Shown in pieces: positions 29,138-37,837 of a stretch of 64,000 nucleotides of DNA (positions within the stretch are counted from its first letter, which is position 1; each line of letters begins with the position of its first letter). The DNA is taken from positions 5,952 through 69,951 of the forward strand of contig NZ_DASSKM010000085.1 of assembly GCF_035690525.1 (NCBI RefSeq), given 5' to 3'. Both the position numbers and the translations under genes were made by a program. The stretch comes from Salinisphaera sp. (GTDB lineage: Bacteria > Pseudomonadota > Gammaproteobacteria > Nevskiales > Salinisphaeraceae). The notes beneath the pieces were generated by a model. The model did no database searches. It was not told the origin of the DNA and saw only the letters and a program-made list of their open reading frames with translations.

Positions 29138-29794
29138 CCTGCTGTTATCCTCGGTGACCGGGTGCTCGCCAATCGAGCATGGTAACTCTTCAAGCAATTC
29201 GCTAGTGTGATATTCAAGTGCTATTTCCCCTTTTGTCAGGCGCTCTGTCCAGTATCGGCCAACTAACTTTCGCTTTGGCTTTTCAATAATCCTAAACACC
29301 ACCGAACCGTCGTGTGGAGTACTTCTTTCACTTAAGCTAACAAGCGGTTTACTTGTGTACGAATACGCGAATTCCTTTAACTGGCGATCAGGATCTATCA
29401 GAAACCCCTCCGAAAAGGAGCGGCTTTCCATTTCTCCAGTTCTCATGACACAACTTAGATGGAAGAATGACTGTGATACGTTCAGCATTACGGGTATTGG
29501 TGGTGGTTTCTCGCCGGTTTGTGGATTCTTCCAGTCAGAATAAATGCACCCCATCCATGTTCCGCTTAGGTTGGGGAACGGAACCAGCCACCCACGAAAT
29601 AATTTGAACTCCCACCCCCATTTGACGAACACCGCTATCAACAAAAGATCAATGCTTACGACTTTCGGAATCAACCTGAAGAAGTCCTTGGCTTTTGATA
29701 GATCTAGCCCATTAAGATATGCAAGAGAAAACCACACGATAGCGGACGCGCCAATCAATAAGTACATTGAGCTCCGTAACGTCACGTTGCGCAT
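29132..29794 (-). CDS. cap15: CBASS 2TM beta-strand-rich membrane effector (Cap15 / S-2TM-beta type)
   Basis: Two N-terminal TM helices, W...PNLSGTW.G, +.Q.+..+S..M.T.E..S.S, Y.Y.S.P, H.G, L.GRYWT.R.T.G. Confidence 0.82.
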   Translation of the reverse strand: MRNVTLRSSMYLLIGASAIVWFSLAYLNGLDLSKAKDFFRLIPKVVSIDLLLIAVFVKWGWEFKLFRGWLVPFPNLSGTWMGCIYSDWKNPQTGEKPPPIPVMLNVSQSFFHLSCVMRTGEMESRSFSEGFLIDPDRQLKEFAYSYTSKPLVSLSERSTPHDGSVVFRIIEKPKRKLVGRYWTERLTKGEIALEYHTSELLEELPCSIGEHPVTEDNSRR

Positions 29795-30669
29795 TATTTA
29801 AACCCAAAATGATTCCAAGCCGCTTTGGCGAAGTCACGTCCATCTTCGCGTGACCAGTCTTGAGACGGATAAAATAGATAGAAACACTCGTTCGCTTCGA
29901 CCCACCGCCCATTAGTCGGCTCTTCACCCTGAAGCTGCTCCCAAATGTGTACAAGCATCCCTCGAAGGCGATCCGTCCAAGTCGACCGTGCGAATATTGT
30001 ATCCAGACAGTTATATGCTAGGCATTCAACGAAGAATGACGGCAATTCTCGAAACTCGTCACCCTCAGCCATAACGTTCTCGATACGTTTTAGCAACCGC
30101 GCGCCCCTTTTATAGGAGTAGCCTGTGCGCTTATTTTTAGCGATCCCATAATCCAACTGTTGAACTGGATAGTTGACCAAGCTACTTCCGTCAGTTTTGA
30201 AAATTTTGGTCCCCGGGCGAACTTCATTTTGTAGATAATATTTATAGCTAAAGCACGGAACTACATCAGCATCGACTCGGGAAGATCCAGAATTTATCTG
30301 TATTGCGGTCGATCCGCTACTATCCACGTTTTCACCAAACTTTGCTTTCAGGGAAGCAAGCAGTTCAGATCTGAGTTTTGTGGGAGTCCAAACGCCCTCA
30401 TATTTGTTGCCAGGCGGATGGAGCCCTTGTTCTGCTTCCTCCCAGTAGAGAACCTCCGTGCACTCGACAGCAATATCCACGTCGCTATCAGCCCGAACGT
30501 TGGTGTTGTTGGCATAGGACCCTTTCGCATAGATTTTCAGGTCACAATTATTGAACGTGGTGTGTGCATCCACGGCTTGGCGAATCATCCGCTCAGTACG
30601 TTCTTGCTTATCCTGCTCAGTATCACTCGAAGGTGATGTCCATCTAGTAAGTTGCTCTTCCAAACTCAT
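29794..30669 (-). CDS. CD-NTase (cGAS/DncV-like nucleotidyltransferase, CdnE-like)
   Basis: GSYANNTNVRADSDVDI (GS..DxD), RVDADVVP third Asp, NYP.Q..+.G..KN..T, PSF.+ECL.YN; TAATG-coupled to the effector. Confidence 0.9.
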   Translation of the reverse strand: MSLEEQLTRWTSPSSDTEQDKQERTERMIRQAVDAHTTFNNCDLKIYAKGSYANNTNVRADSDVDIAVECTEVLYWEEAEQGLHPPGNKYEGVWTPTKLRSELLASLKAKFGENVDSSGSTAIQINSGSSRVDADVVPCFSYKYYLQNEVRPGTKIFKTDGSSLVNYPVQQLDYGIAKNKRTGYSYKRGARLLKRIENVMAEGDEFRELPSFFVECLAYNCLDTIFARSTWTDRLRGMLVHIWEQLQGEEPTNGRWVEANECFYLFYPSQDWSREDGRDFAKAAWNHFGFK

Positions 30670-30685
30670 TGATCCCCCTTTTAAG

Positions 30686-30750
30686 CGCTAACGCCAAGTA
30701 GACGACATATATCTAGTCCTATATATATCCCATCCATATCTATATATCTC
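30686..30750 (-). mobile_element. attI-like primary recombination site
   Basis: Core GTTAGCG (exact complement of the cassette's R'' CGCTAAC), preceded by an AT-rich tract with three GATATAT direct repeats and no attC-type L' arm. Confidence 0.6.
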
Positions 30751-31050
30751 CAACGATGCGAGCGGTCAGTTCGAACTCGGCCGCTATACCATAAGGCAGC
30801 ACCCAGGCGCGTTCCGCCGGCTGCCAGCGTCCACCCGCTTGTCGGACCCGTTCTCGAAGGTCTCGTTCTTCGTAAGCGATTCGGACGAGCACGGGCTCAT
30901 CTGTCGGCCGCTGCATCAAATGCTACTCCCGGCTATTCGCCCGGTATCGCTGTCGTAGCGATAGCGGACGCAAACCAGCCTGTCGCCATACTTCCGAACC
31001 AATTGTTTGGTCCCATTCTGGCCCGGCTTGAGATGCAATCGGGTCTCCAC
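30740..31050 (-). pseudogene. Frameshifted small hypothetical protein (LKPGQ.GTK..YGDRLVCVRYRYD type)
   Basis: GTG start with RBS; METRLHLKPGQNGTKQLVRKYGDRLVCVRYRYD.. then in a second frame PVLVRIAYEERDLRERVRQAGGRWQPAERAWVLPY..IVGDI*. Confidence 0.7.
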
Positions 31051-31329
31051 GGCGTCCCCTCGCCTCGATCTTGATTCGACCGTACCCCGAACGCGCGGCT
31101 TATTGAAGCCGTTAAAGCGCGGTCAGTGCACTATACAATAATAACGTGTTGCAATAATTGAATTTTCAAGAATTGGAAATATGCACGCCGGTACCGCCGC
31201 CTCGCACCAATGCGCGACAAATGCTGAAGAAGTGGATCGACCGACACTACGTTGTCGCGGATGAGCCAGTCGCTCGGCGGCCACGCCTGGGCGGCGTTAT
31301 GCCCCGCGCCATCGCGACACGCTGGAAGA

Positions 31330-33057
31330 CTACCGCCCCCACCAATTAGTCCGGCCCAAATCCACGACTTCATCGCCCCGCCCGTTCATGACCGCGCGCA
31401 GCATGTAGAGCGAGAAGCCGCGGGCCTGTTTGGCCTCGATCTTGGGCGGCATCGACAGTTCCTGTTTGGCGGTACGCACATCGACTACGACCGGGCCGTC
31501 GTGTTCGAAGGCGCGCTTGAGCGCTTCGTCGAGATCGGCCGAGGCGGTGACCTGGATACCGCGAATGCCGAGCGATTCGGCCAGTTTGGCGAAGTCGACC
31601 CGCGGAATGTCGGTGGTGGAATCGACATAACCGGCCGCTTTCATTTCCATGGCGACGAAGCCGAGCGATTCGTTGTTGTAGACGACGACCTTCACCGGCA
31701 GCTTCTCGACGGCCAGCGTGATCAGATCGCCCATGAGCATGGTCACACCGCCGTCGCCGGCCAGCGCCACCACCTGGCGTTCCGGATAGGCGACCTGCCA
31801 ACCGAGCGCGGCCGGCACGGCCACCGCCATCGAACCGTGCATGAACGAGCCGGTCAACCTGCGTTCGCGGGTCATGTGAATATAGCGCGCGGCCCAGACG
31901 GTCGGCGTGCCCACATCGGTGGTGAACACGGCGTCGTCGTGCGCCAGCGCCGAGACGCGGGCGGTCAGATACTGGGGGTGCAACGGCTGGTCGTCGGCGC
32001 GCGGCGTGGCCAGATCGTCGAGATTTTCGCGCGCTTTCTTGTAGTGCGACTGGCAGGCGTCAAGAAACTTGGTGCTCGCGTTTTGTTCGAGTTTGGGAAC
32101 GAGCGCCGCCAGCGTGGGCCCGATATCGCCGACCAGCCCCATCGTTAGCGGGCTGCGTCGGCCGAGGTGCGAGCCGCGGATATCGATTTGCACGATATGG
32201 CCGTGCGCGGGGAAGAATTCCCGGTACGGGAAGTTCGTGCCCAGCATGATCAGCAGATCGCATTCGCGCATGGCGTGATAGCCCGACGAGTAGCCGATCA
32301 GGCCGGTCATGCCGACATCGTAGGGGTTGTCGTATTCCAGCGATTGCTTGCCGCGCAGCGCATGCACGATCGGCGCCTTGATGCGCTCGGCAAGGGCCAG
32401 CACTTCGTCGTGATAGCCCTCGCAGCCGTAACCGCCGAGAATGGTGATCTTCGACGCCGCGTTGAGATGCCCGGCCAACACGTCGAGCGCGTCGTTCGGC
32501 GGCACCACGCTCGGGCGCACCGGCGGCTGCCAGCGCAGCGAATGCTCGGGGGCTTCGGACAACGCCACATCGCCGGGCAACACGATGACCGATACCGAGC
32601 GGTTGACGATCGCGCTGCTCATCGCGGCTTCCAGCACCTGCGGTATCTGGTCCGGGTTGGAAATCAACTCGCAGTAATCGCTGCATTCGATAAACAGATT
32701 CTGCGGGTGCGTTTCCTGAAAATAGCCGAGCCCGATCTCGGATGATGGAATCTGGGCGGCCACGGCCAGCATCGGCACATTGGCGCGCTGGGCCTCGAAC
32801 AGGCCGTTGATCAGATGCAAATTGCCCGGCCCGCAGGAGCCGGCACAAACCGCCAATCCGCCATGCGCATCGGCCTCGCCGGCGGCCGCGAGTGCCGCGA
32901 CCTCTTCGTGGCGCACGCCGATCCAGCGGATTTTCTCCCGCCTGCGCAGCGCTTCGGTAAAGCCGTTGAGCGAATCGCCCGGCAGACCCCAGACGTTCGC
33001 TACGCCGGCCTGGATGAGCAGATCGGCCAGCACATCGGCGATCGTGTTCTTGGCCAT
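31330..33057 (-). CDS. poxB: Pyruvate dehydrogenase (quinone) / pyruvate oxidase
   Basis: GDSLNG, RHEE, GSCGPGNLHLINGL, FQETHP, GDGG..M..G+L ThDP motif. Confidence 0.93.
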   Translation of the reverse strand: MAKNTIADVLADLLIQAGVANVWGLPGDSLNGFTEALRRREKIRWIGVRHEEVAALAAAGEADAHGGLAVCAGSCGPGNLHLINGLFEAQRANVPMLAVAAQIPSSEIGLGYFQETHPQNLFIECSDYCELISNPDQIPQVLEAAMSSAIVNRSVSVIVLPGDVALSEAPEHSLRWQPPVRPSVVPPNDALDVLAGHLNAASKITILGGYGCEGYHDEVLALAERIKAPIVHALRGKQSLEYDNPYDVGMTGLIGYSSGYHAMRECDLLIMLGTNFPYREFFPAHGHIVQIDIRGSHLGRRSPLTMGLVGDIGPTLAALVPKLEQNASTKFLDACQSHYKKARENLDDLATPRADDQPLHPQYLTARVSALAHDDAVFTTDVGTPTVWAARYIHMTRERRLTGSFMHGSMAVAVPAALGWQVAYPERQVVALAGDGGVTMLMGDLITLAVEKLPVKVVVYNNESLGFVAMEMKAAGYVDSTTDIPRVDFAKLAESLGIRGIQVTASADLDEALKRAFEHDGPVVVDVRTAKQELSMPPKIEAKQARGFSLYMLRAVMNGRGDEVVDLGRTNWWGR

Positions 33058-33187
33058 CGACGAAATCCTTGTCGCGGTGCCGGCGTCGCGCCGGCGCCTG
33101 AATGAATGACTTTATCCTACCCGGGCCGGCCGCCGTTGGGCGATCGTCGCGGCCGAAACATCGATCGGCCCGGTAATATCCAGTATT

Positions 33188-33205
33188 TGACTGAATATTC
33201 AGTCA
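33188..33205. promoter_or_regulatory. Perfect 18-bp palindrome, likely TetR operator
   Basis: TGACTGAATATTCAGTCA about 100 bp upstream of a TetR gene. Confidence 0.7.
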
Positions 33206-33303
33206 GTATGATAATCGATGCCAGAGCGGCGTTCGAATGGCGCATGAACGGCCCTCAAGCGCCCTGCAATTACCCTGACCATTATCTTGGGAATCGACTT
33301 GCC

Positions 33304-33912
33304 ATGACCCGCCGGCCCGATAGTGACGAAGCCCGGACGCGTATCGTGGCGGCGGCCGTACGCTGCCTGGCCCGGCACGGCGTGCGCGGTTTGCGCATGG
33401 CGGATATCGGGCGCGAGGCCGGCGTGTCCTCGGGCCTGCTGTATTACCATTTCGCCAATCGCGACGGCCTGCTCGCCGCGACCCTGGCCCACGTCAACGA
33501 TACGGCCGCAGCCGGCCGGGCGCGCGCGGCCGGCGATGGGCGCGATGCGCTGATCGATAACCTGGTAGACGAAATCTCGGATGACCCCGAGGTACGCGAT
33601 CACGCCGCCGCCTGGCACGAAATCAATGCATCGGCGGTCTTCGACAGCGCCCTGGCCGCGCATCTGCGCGCCACCACGGCCGACTGGCAGCGGCGCATCG
33701 CCGACGGCCTGATGCAGACCGCCGGCAAAACCGCGCCACCGAACCGGCAAGCCGCCGATGCCCAGGCGGCGATCGCCACGGCCTTGGTCGACGGCCTGTC
33801 GCAGCGCTGGCTCACCGGCCGCCTGTCCACGGACGAGGCGCGCGCCCTGCTACGCCGCGCCCTGATCCGGCAATTCGGCGGCGATGCCGCCGGGAGTACC
33901 CCATGCAACTGA
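33304..33912 (+). CDS. TetR family regulator (BetI-like C-terminus)
   Basis: IVAAA..+AR.GV.GLRMADI.REAGVS.GLLYYHF; start moved to ATG 33304. Confidence 0.88.
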   Translation: MTRRPDSDEARTRIVAAAVRCLARHGVRGLRMADIGREAGVSSGLLYYHFANRDGLLAATLAHVNDTAAAGRARAAGDGRDALIDNLVDEISDDPEVRDHAAAWHEINASAVFDSALAAHLRATTADWQRRIADGLMQTAGKTAPPNRQAADAQAAIATALVDGLSQRWLTGRLSTDEARALLRRALIRQFGGDAAGSTPCN

Positions 33913-34889
33913 TTCAGAACACGAACCCGCCCCTTTCACCGGCCCGCGCCAAGCCGTCGCCGCGCGCACCGCTGCGCGTAGCACTGGTGCAGCACGCCTG
34001 GCGCGCCGATCGCGACAAGCTCGTCGCCGCGCTGGACGCCGCCATCGGCCGCGCCGCCGAAGCCGGCGCCGCGGCGGTGTTTATGCCGGAAATCACGCTC
34101 ATGCGCTACCCGGCCGACCGGCGCGCGACGGGCACCGCGGCCGACGGCGCCGAGGATCTGGAAACCGGGCCGACGATGACCTTCGCCCGCGACGCCGCGC
34201 GGCGCCACGGTGTGGCGGTGCACGCATCGCTCTATCAGCGCGCCGAGGGCGCGGACGGGCTCGGGCTGAACACCGCCATCCTGGTCGCCCCCGACGGCAC
34301 GCTGATCGGCGCCACCCATAAACTGCATATCCCGGTCACCGAAGGCTATTTCGAGAACACTTATTTTCGCGAAGGTCCAGCCGACGACCCCTACCCGGTC
34401 TATCGCCACGGCGCGCTGGCCGATGCCGCGATCGGCTTGCCGACCTGCTGGGACGAATGGTTCCCCGAGGTCGCCCGTGCCTATTCGCTCGGCGGCGCGG
34501 AGATCCTGGTCTACCCGACCGCGATCGGTTCCGAACCGGATTTCCCCGATTTCGACACCCAACCGCTGTGGCGCCAGGTAATCGTGGCCAACGGCATCAC
34601 GGCAGGCACGTTCATGATCGTGCCCAACCGCATCGGCGACGAAGGTCGGCTGACCTTCTACGGCAGCTCGTTCATCTCCGATCCCTACGGCCGGGTGCTG
34701 GTCGCCGCGCCGCGCGATGCCGAAGCGATTCTGGTGGCCGATCTCGATCTGGATCAGCGGCGCGACTGGCTGACGCTGTTCCCGTTTCTGGCGACCCGGC
34801 GCCCGGACACCTACGGCGCGCTGACCGCGCCGGTCGCCGCCGACCGGCCGCTCGGCGGGCCGGCTGCCGAGGGCGATGGCGATGAGTGA
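33903..34889 (+). CDS. aguB: N-carbamoylputrescine amidase-like carbon-nitrogen hydrolase
   Basis: PE, K.HIP...GY.E..YF..G, TCWDEWFPE..R, YPTAIGSEP; adjacent to agmatine deiminase. Confidence 0.78.
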   Translation: MQLIQNTNPPLSPARAKPSPRAPLRVALVQHAWRADRDKLVAALDAAIGRAAEAGAAAVFMPEITLMRYPADRRATGTAADGAEDLETGPTMTFARDAARRHGVAVHASLYQRAEGADGLGLNTAILVAPDGTLIGATHKLHIPVTEGYFENTYFREGPADDPYPVYRHGALADAAIGLPTCWDEWFPEVARAYSLGGAEILVYPTAIGSEPDFPDFDTQPLWRQVIVANGITAGTFMIVPNRIGDEGRLTFYGSSFISDPYGRVLVAAPRDAEAILVADLDLDQRRDWLTLFPFLATRRPDTYGALTAPVAADRPLGGPAAEGDGDE

Positions 34890-36072
34890 GGTCGTCACCG
34901 GCTGGCGGATGCCGGCCGAAACCGTGGCGCAAGCCCGGGTCTGGATGGGTTTTCCGCCGGTCGGGCCGACCGCCGGCGAAAACGCCGACGACATAGCCGA
35001 GGCTCGACGCGCCTGGGCCGCCGTGGCCCACGCCATCGCCGAGTTCCAGCCGGTGACGATGCTGGTCGACCCGGCCGATGAGGACATCGCGCCGCGCTAT
35101 GTCTCGGCGGCGGTCGAACGCGTGACCGTGCCGCTCGACGATGCCTGGCTGCGCGATATTGGGCCGAGTTTCGTGCTCGATGACGACGGCGCGCTGGGTG
35201 CGGTGAACTGGCGCTTCAACGGTTGGGGCCGGCGCGAATGGGCGCGCTGGGAACGCGACGATCGCGTGGCGAGCACGATCGCGCGCCTCGCCGGCGCGGC
35301 GCGTATCGATTCCGATCTGGTCAACGAGGGCGGCGGCATCGCCGTCGACGGCGCCGGCACGGTGTTGCTCACCGACACGGTCCAACGCGATCCGCGCCGC
35401 AACCCCAGGCTTTCGCGGGCGGACGTGGAAGCCGAAATGGCCCGCACGCTCGGCGCCGATCACGCCATCTGGCTGGCCCGTGGGCTACACCGCGACGCCG
35501 AGCGCTTTGGCACCTTCGGCCATGTCGACATCGTGGCCGCGCTGGCCTCGCCGGAGTGCGTGGTCGTACACGACCAGCGCGATCCCGGCCACCCCGATCA
35601 CGCGATCAGCCGCGAAACTAAGCGCGTATTCGAATCGGCCGCCACGGCCGCCGGCGGTGCCTGGCGCATCGCGGCCTTGCCCGCGCCGCGGCGGCTGCGC
35701 GATGCCCACGGCTTCGTCGACTACAGCTATATCAATCATCTGCCGATCAACGGGGCGGTGATCGTGGGCACCTTCGACGACCCGGCCGACGCCGAAGCCC
35801 GCTCGATTCTGGCCGAGCTGTATCCGGGCCGGCGCATCGTCGGCGTGGACGCCCGCGCGATCTTCGCGCGCGGCGGCGGCGTCCACTGTATTACGCAGCA
35901 ACAGCCTCGGAGCACACAGGCGCAGGTTGGGGCCTGTTGCCGCTTCATACGACGCCGCGCCGGCGGCCGCCCGAATGTATTCGAGCTGTCGCAAGACAAG
36001 GCGCAGCGGGCGTACGGTAGTCATTCTACCGTAGCGCGCTGCAACGCTAGATTGCGGCCCATAAATAATTAA
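34876..36072 (+). CDS. aguA: Agmatine deiminase family protein
   Basis: RMPAE, DDAW.RD.GP, W.FNGWG, EGGGI.VDG.G, GHVD, YSYIN, GGGVHCITQQQP. Confidence 0.9.
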   Translation: MAMSEVVTGWRMPAETVAQARVWMGFPPVGPTAGENADDIAEARRAWAAVAHAIAEFQPVTMLVDPADEDIAPRYVSAAVERVTVPLDDAWLRDIGPSFVLDDDGALGAVNWRFNGWGRREWARWERDDRVASTIARLAGAARIDSDLVNEGGGIAVDGAGTVLLTDTVQRDPRRNPRLSRADVEAEMARTLGADHAIWLARGLHRDAERFGTFGHVDIVAALASPECVVVHDQRDPGHPDHAISRETKRVFESAATAAGGAWRIAALPAPRRLRDAHGFVDYSYINHLPINGAVIVGTFDDPADAEARSILAELYPGRRIVGVDARAIFARGGGVHCITQQQPRSTQAQVGACCRFIRRRAGGRPNVFELSQDKAQRAYGSHSTVARCNARLRPINN

Positions 36073-36094
36073 CATGGGGCCCCCGGCCCTTCGG

Positions 36095-36195
36095 GTTGCG
36101 GCCCCAAATCGCGCCATCCGGCGTTGCAGAGCTTGACCGCAGAATGACTGCGGTCGGCGCTCTGCGCCTTGGCTGACACGATTTGGGGTTGCAAC
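36095..36195. repeat. Nested long hairpin (about 100 bp), REP/MITE-like
   Basis: Outer arms gttgcggccccaaatcg / cgatttggggttgcaac; inner gcagagc..gaccgcag-aatg-actgcggtc..gctctgc. Confidence 0.7.
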
Positions 36196-36866
36196 GCGGT
36201 GCCGTATGAAACGGCAACAAGCCCTGGCTAGGGAACAATTGATTTTTATTCACCCAACGCATGCCCGAGGATCGAAGCCCCAAGACCCGGCTGTCCGCGC
36301 GGGCCTTCTACCCGAGCGCGCGCTATGGCGGCGGGCAGGAGATGAACCGGCCTGCTGATCTCGCTGTGGCGATCCGGCGCGGCCGCCGATATCGCGGTAC
36401 TGTGCTCGCTGTTTGCCTACGGCCAGGTCCGGCGGGAAATCCTGGCGTTCGAATCGGGATGGGCGGCGGGGGTATCCCCCGCCGCCCGATACCGAGCCGG
36501 ACCACCCGCCGCATGGGACCGCGACGACGGCAAGCCAGCCCGATACTCTGCGCCCCGGCCGACGCGCCGATACCCGGTCGGCGCGTCGTCTGGCAACGGC
36601 TTGGACAGCGACGTTATCAGCCGCTCGCGATCTCGCCAAACACGAATCGAAAGAGGATTACCGAGCCGACGCCCGCGTGCGGGCACGCCAAGGGCTTTGC
36701 GCTAAAAACAAGCCGGGTATCGTCCATTCAACCACGCGTATCAGCGCTTGGGCGAAACTCTGATATGGCTGTCGAAATACCCTCTTTTTGGTTATTCGGA
36801 TAACCACGAACCCCGGCGCAACGATAACAGGGCCCGCGAGGCGTCGATGGCCGTTGGAAACAGAGT

Positions 36867-37781
36867 ATGCATGAAGCAACGAACATTGGCGCAGACGACG
36901 ACGGCACGCACTGGCATCTGGTGGGCGCCGGCCGCGTCGGCACATTGGCCGCTTTCTACCTGCGCCGGGCGGGCATCGGGATCACCATCGTTCGCCCGGG
37001 CCCGGCGCATCGTCGCCAAATCAGGCTGGTTTTCGACCGCGCCGAGGGTGTGCGGCGTCACGAGTTCGACTTGCCCGTGCAGCCGCCCGCCGAATGCCCG
37101 CCGGTCTCGCGGCTCATCGTCGCCTGTAAAACGCCCTACTCCGCGGCGGCGCTCGGGCGCGTACGGCTGACCGACGACGCCACCGTGATTCGTCTGCAAA
37201 ACGGACTCGGCAGCCTGGACGGTCGGTTGGCCGCAGGCCAGCGCCTGATCGAGGGGGTAACGACAAGCGCCGTGATGAGCGCGGCCGACGGCGCCGTGCG
37301 GGTCGTGGCCGAGAACACGACGACGTTCGGCGGCGGGCCGCGCCCGCCCTGGTTCGACGCGCTGGCCGCCGGCTGGCCGGGCTTGGCGTGGGCCGAGGAC
37401 GTTCGGCCGGCGCAATGGCGCAAGCTGGTGGTCAACGCCGCGCTCAATCCGTTGACGGCGATCGACGACGTGGCCAACGGCGCTCTGCTCGAGCGCGCCG
37501 ATCTGTACGCCGAGATGACCGCGCTAATCGACGAGGCCGACGCGCTGCTCGCCCGGTTGGATCCGAACTGGCCGGGAAATTCACACGAGCGGGTCGCCGC
37601 CGTGGTTTCGGCCACGGCGGCCAACACGTCGTCGATGCGGGCCGATATTCATGCCGGCGCGGTCACCGAAATCGAATCCATCAACGGTTGGCTGCTGCGT
37701 CAGGGCACATCGCTGGGCATGGCGCTACCGGCCCATGCGCGCGTTGCCGAGCGCATTCGCGCAATGGCCGCCAACGCGTAA
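36867..37781 (+). CDS. panE: 2-dehydropantoate 2-reductase
   Basis: GAGRVG, LQNGLG, W.KL.VNA.+NPLTA, T..N.SSM..D, TEI.SING. Confidence 0.88.
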   Translation: MHEATNIGADDDGTHWHLVGAGRVGTLAAFYLRRAGIGITIVRPGPAHRRQIRLVFDRAEGVRRHEFDLPVQPPAECPPVSRLIVACKTPYSAAALGRVRLTDDATVIRLQNGLGSLDGRLAAGQRLIEGVTTSAVMSAADGAVRVVAENTTTFGGGPRPPWFDALAAGWPGLAWAEDVRPAQWRKLVVNAALNPLTAIDDVANGALLERADLYAEMTALIDEADALLARLDPNWPGNSHERVAAVVSATAANTSSMRADIHAGAVTEIESINGWLLRQGTSLGMALPAHARVAERIRAMAANA

Positions 37782-37837
37782 TCCCAATACGGGCTTACCG
37801 GGCGTCCGAAGCAGGCCGGGCCGCGACGGCGCCCAGG

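Noticed and set aside
30750-31349. Integron integrase intI, including the 63-aa ORF at 31158..31349
   Set aside because: No tyrosine-recombinase motifs (R...H-x-x-R...Y) or IntI N-terminus recognisable in any frame.
36250-36800. rnpB, SRP RNA or riboswitch
   Set aside because: Fragments such as CAGGTCCGG and AAGCCGGG occur, but the conserved flanking motifs of these RNAs are absent.
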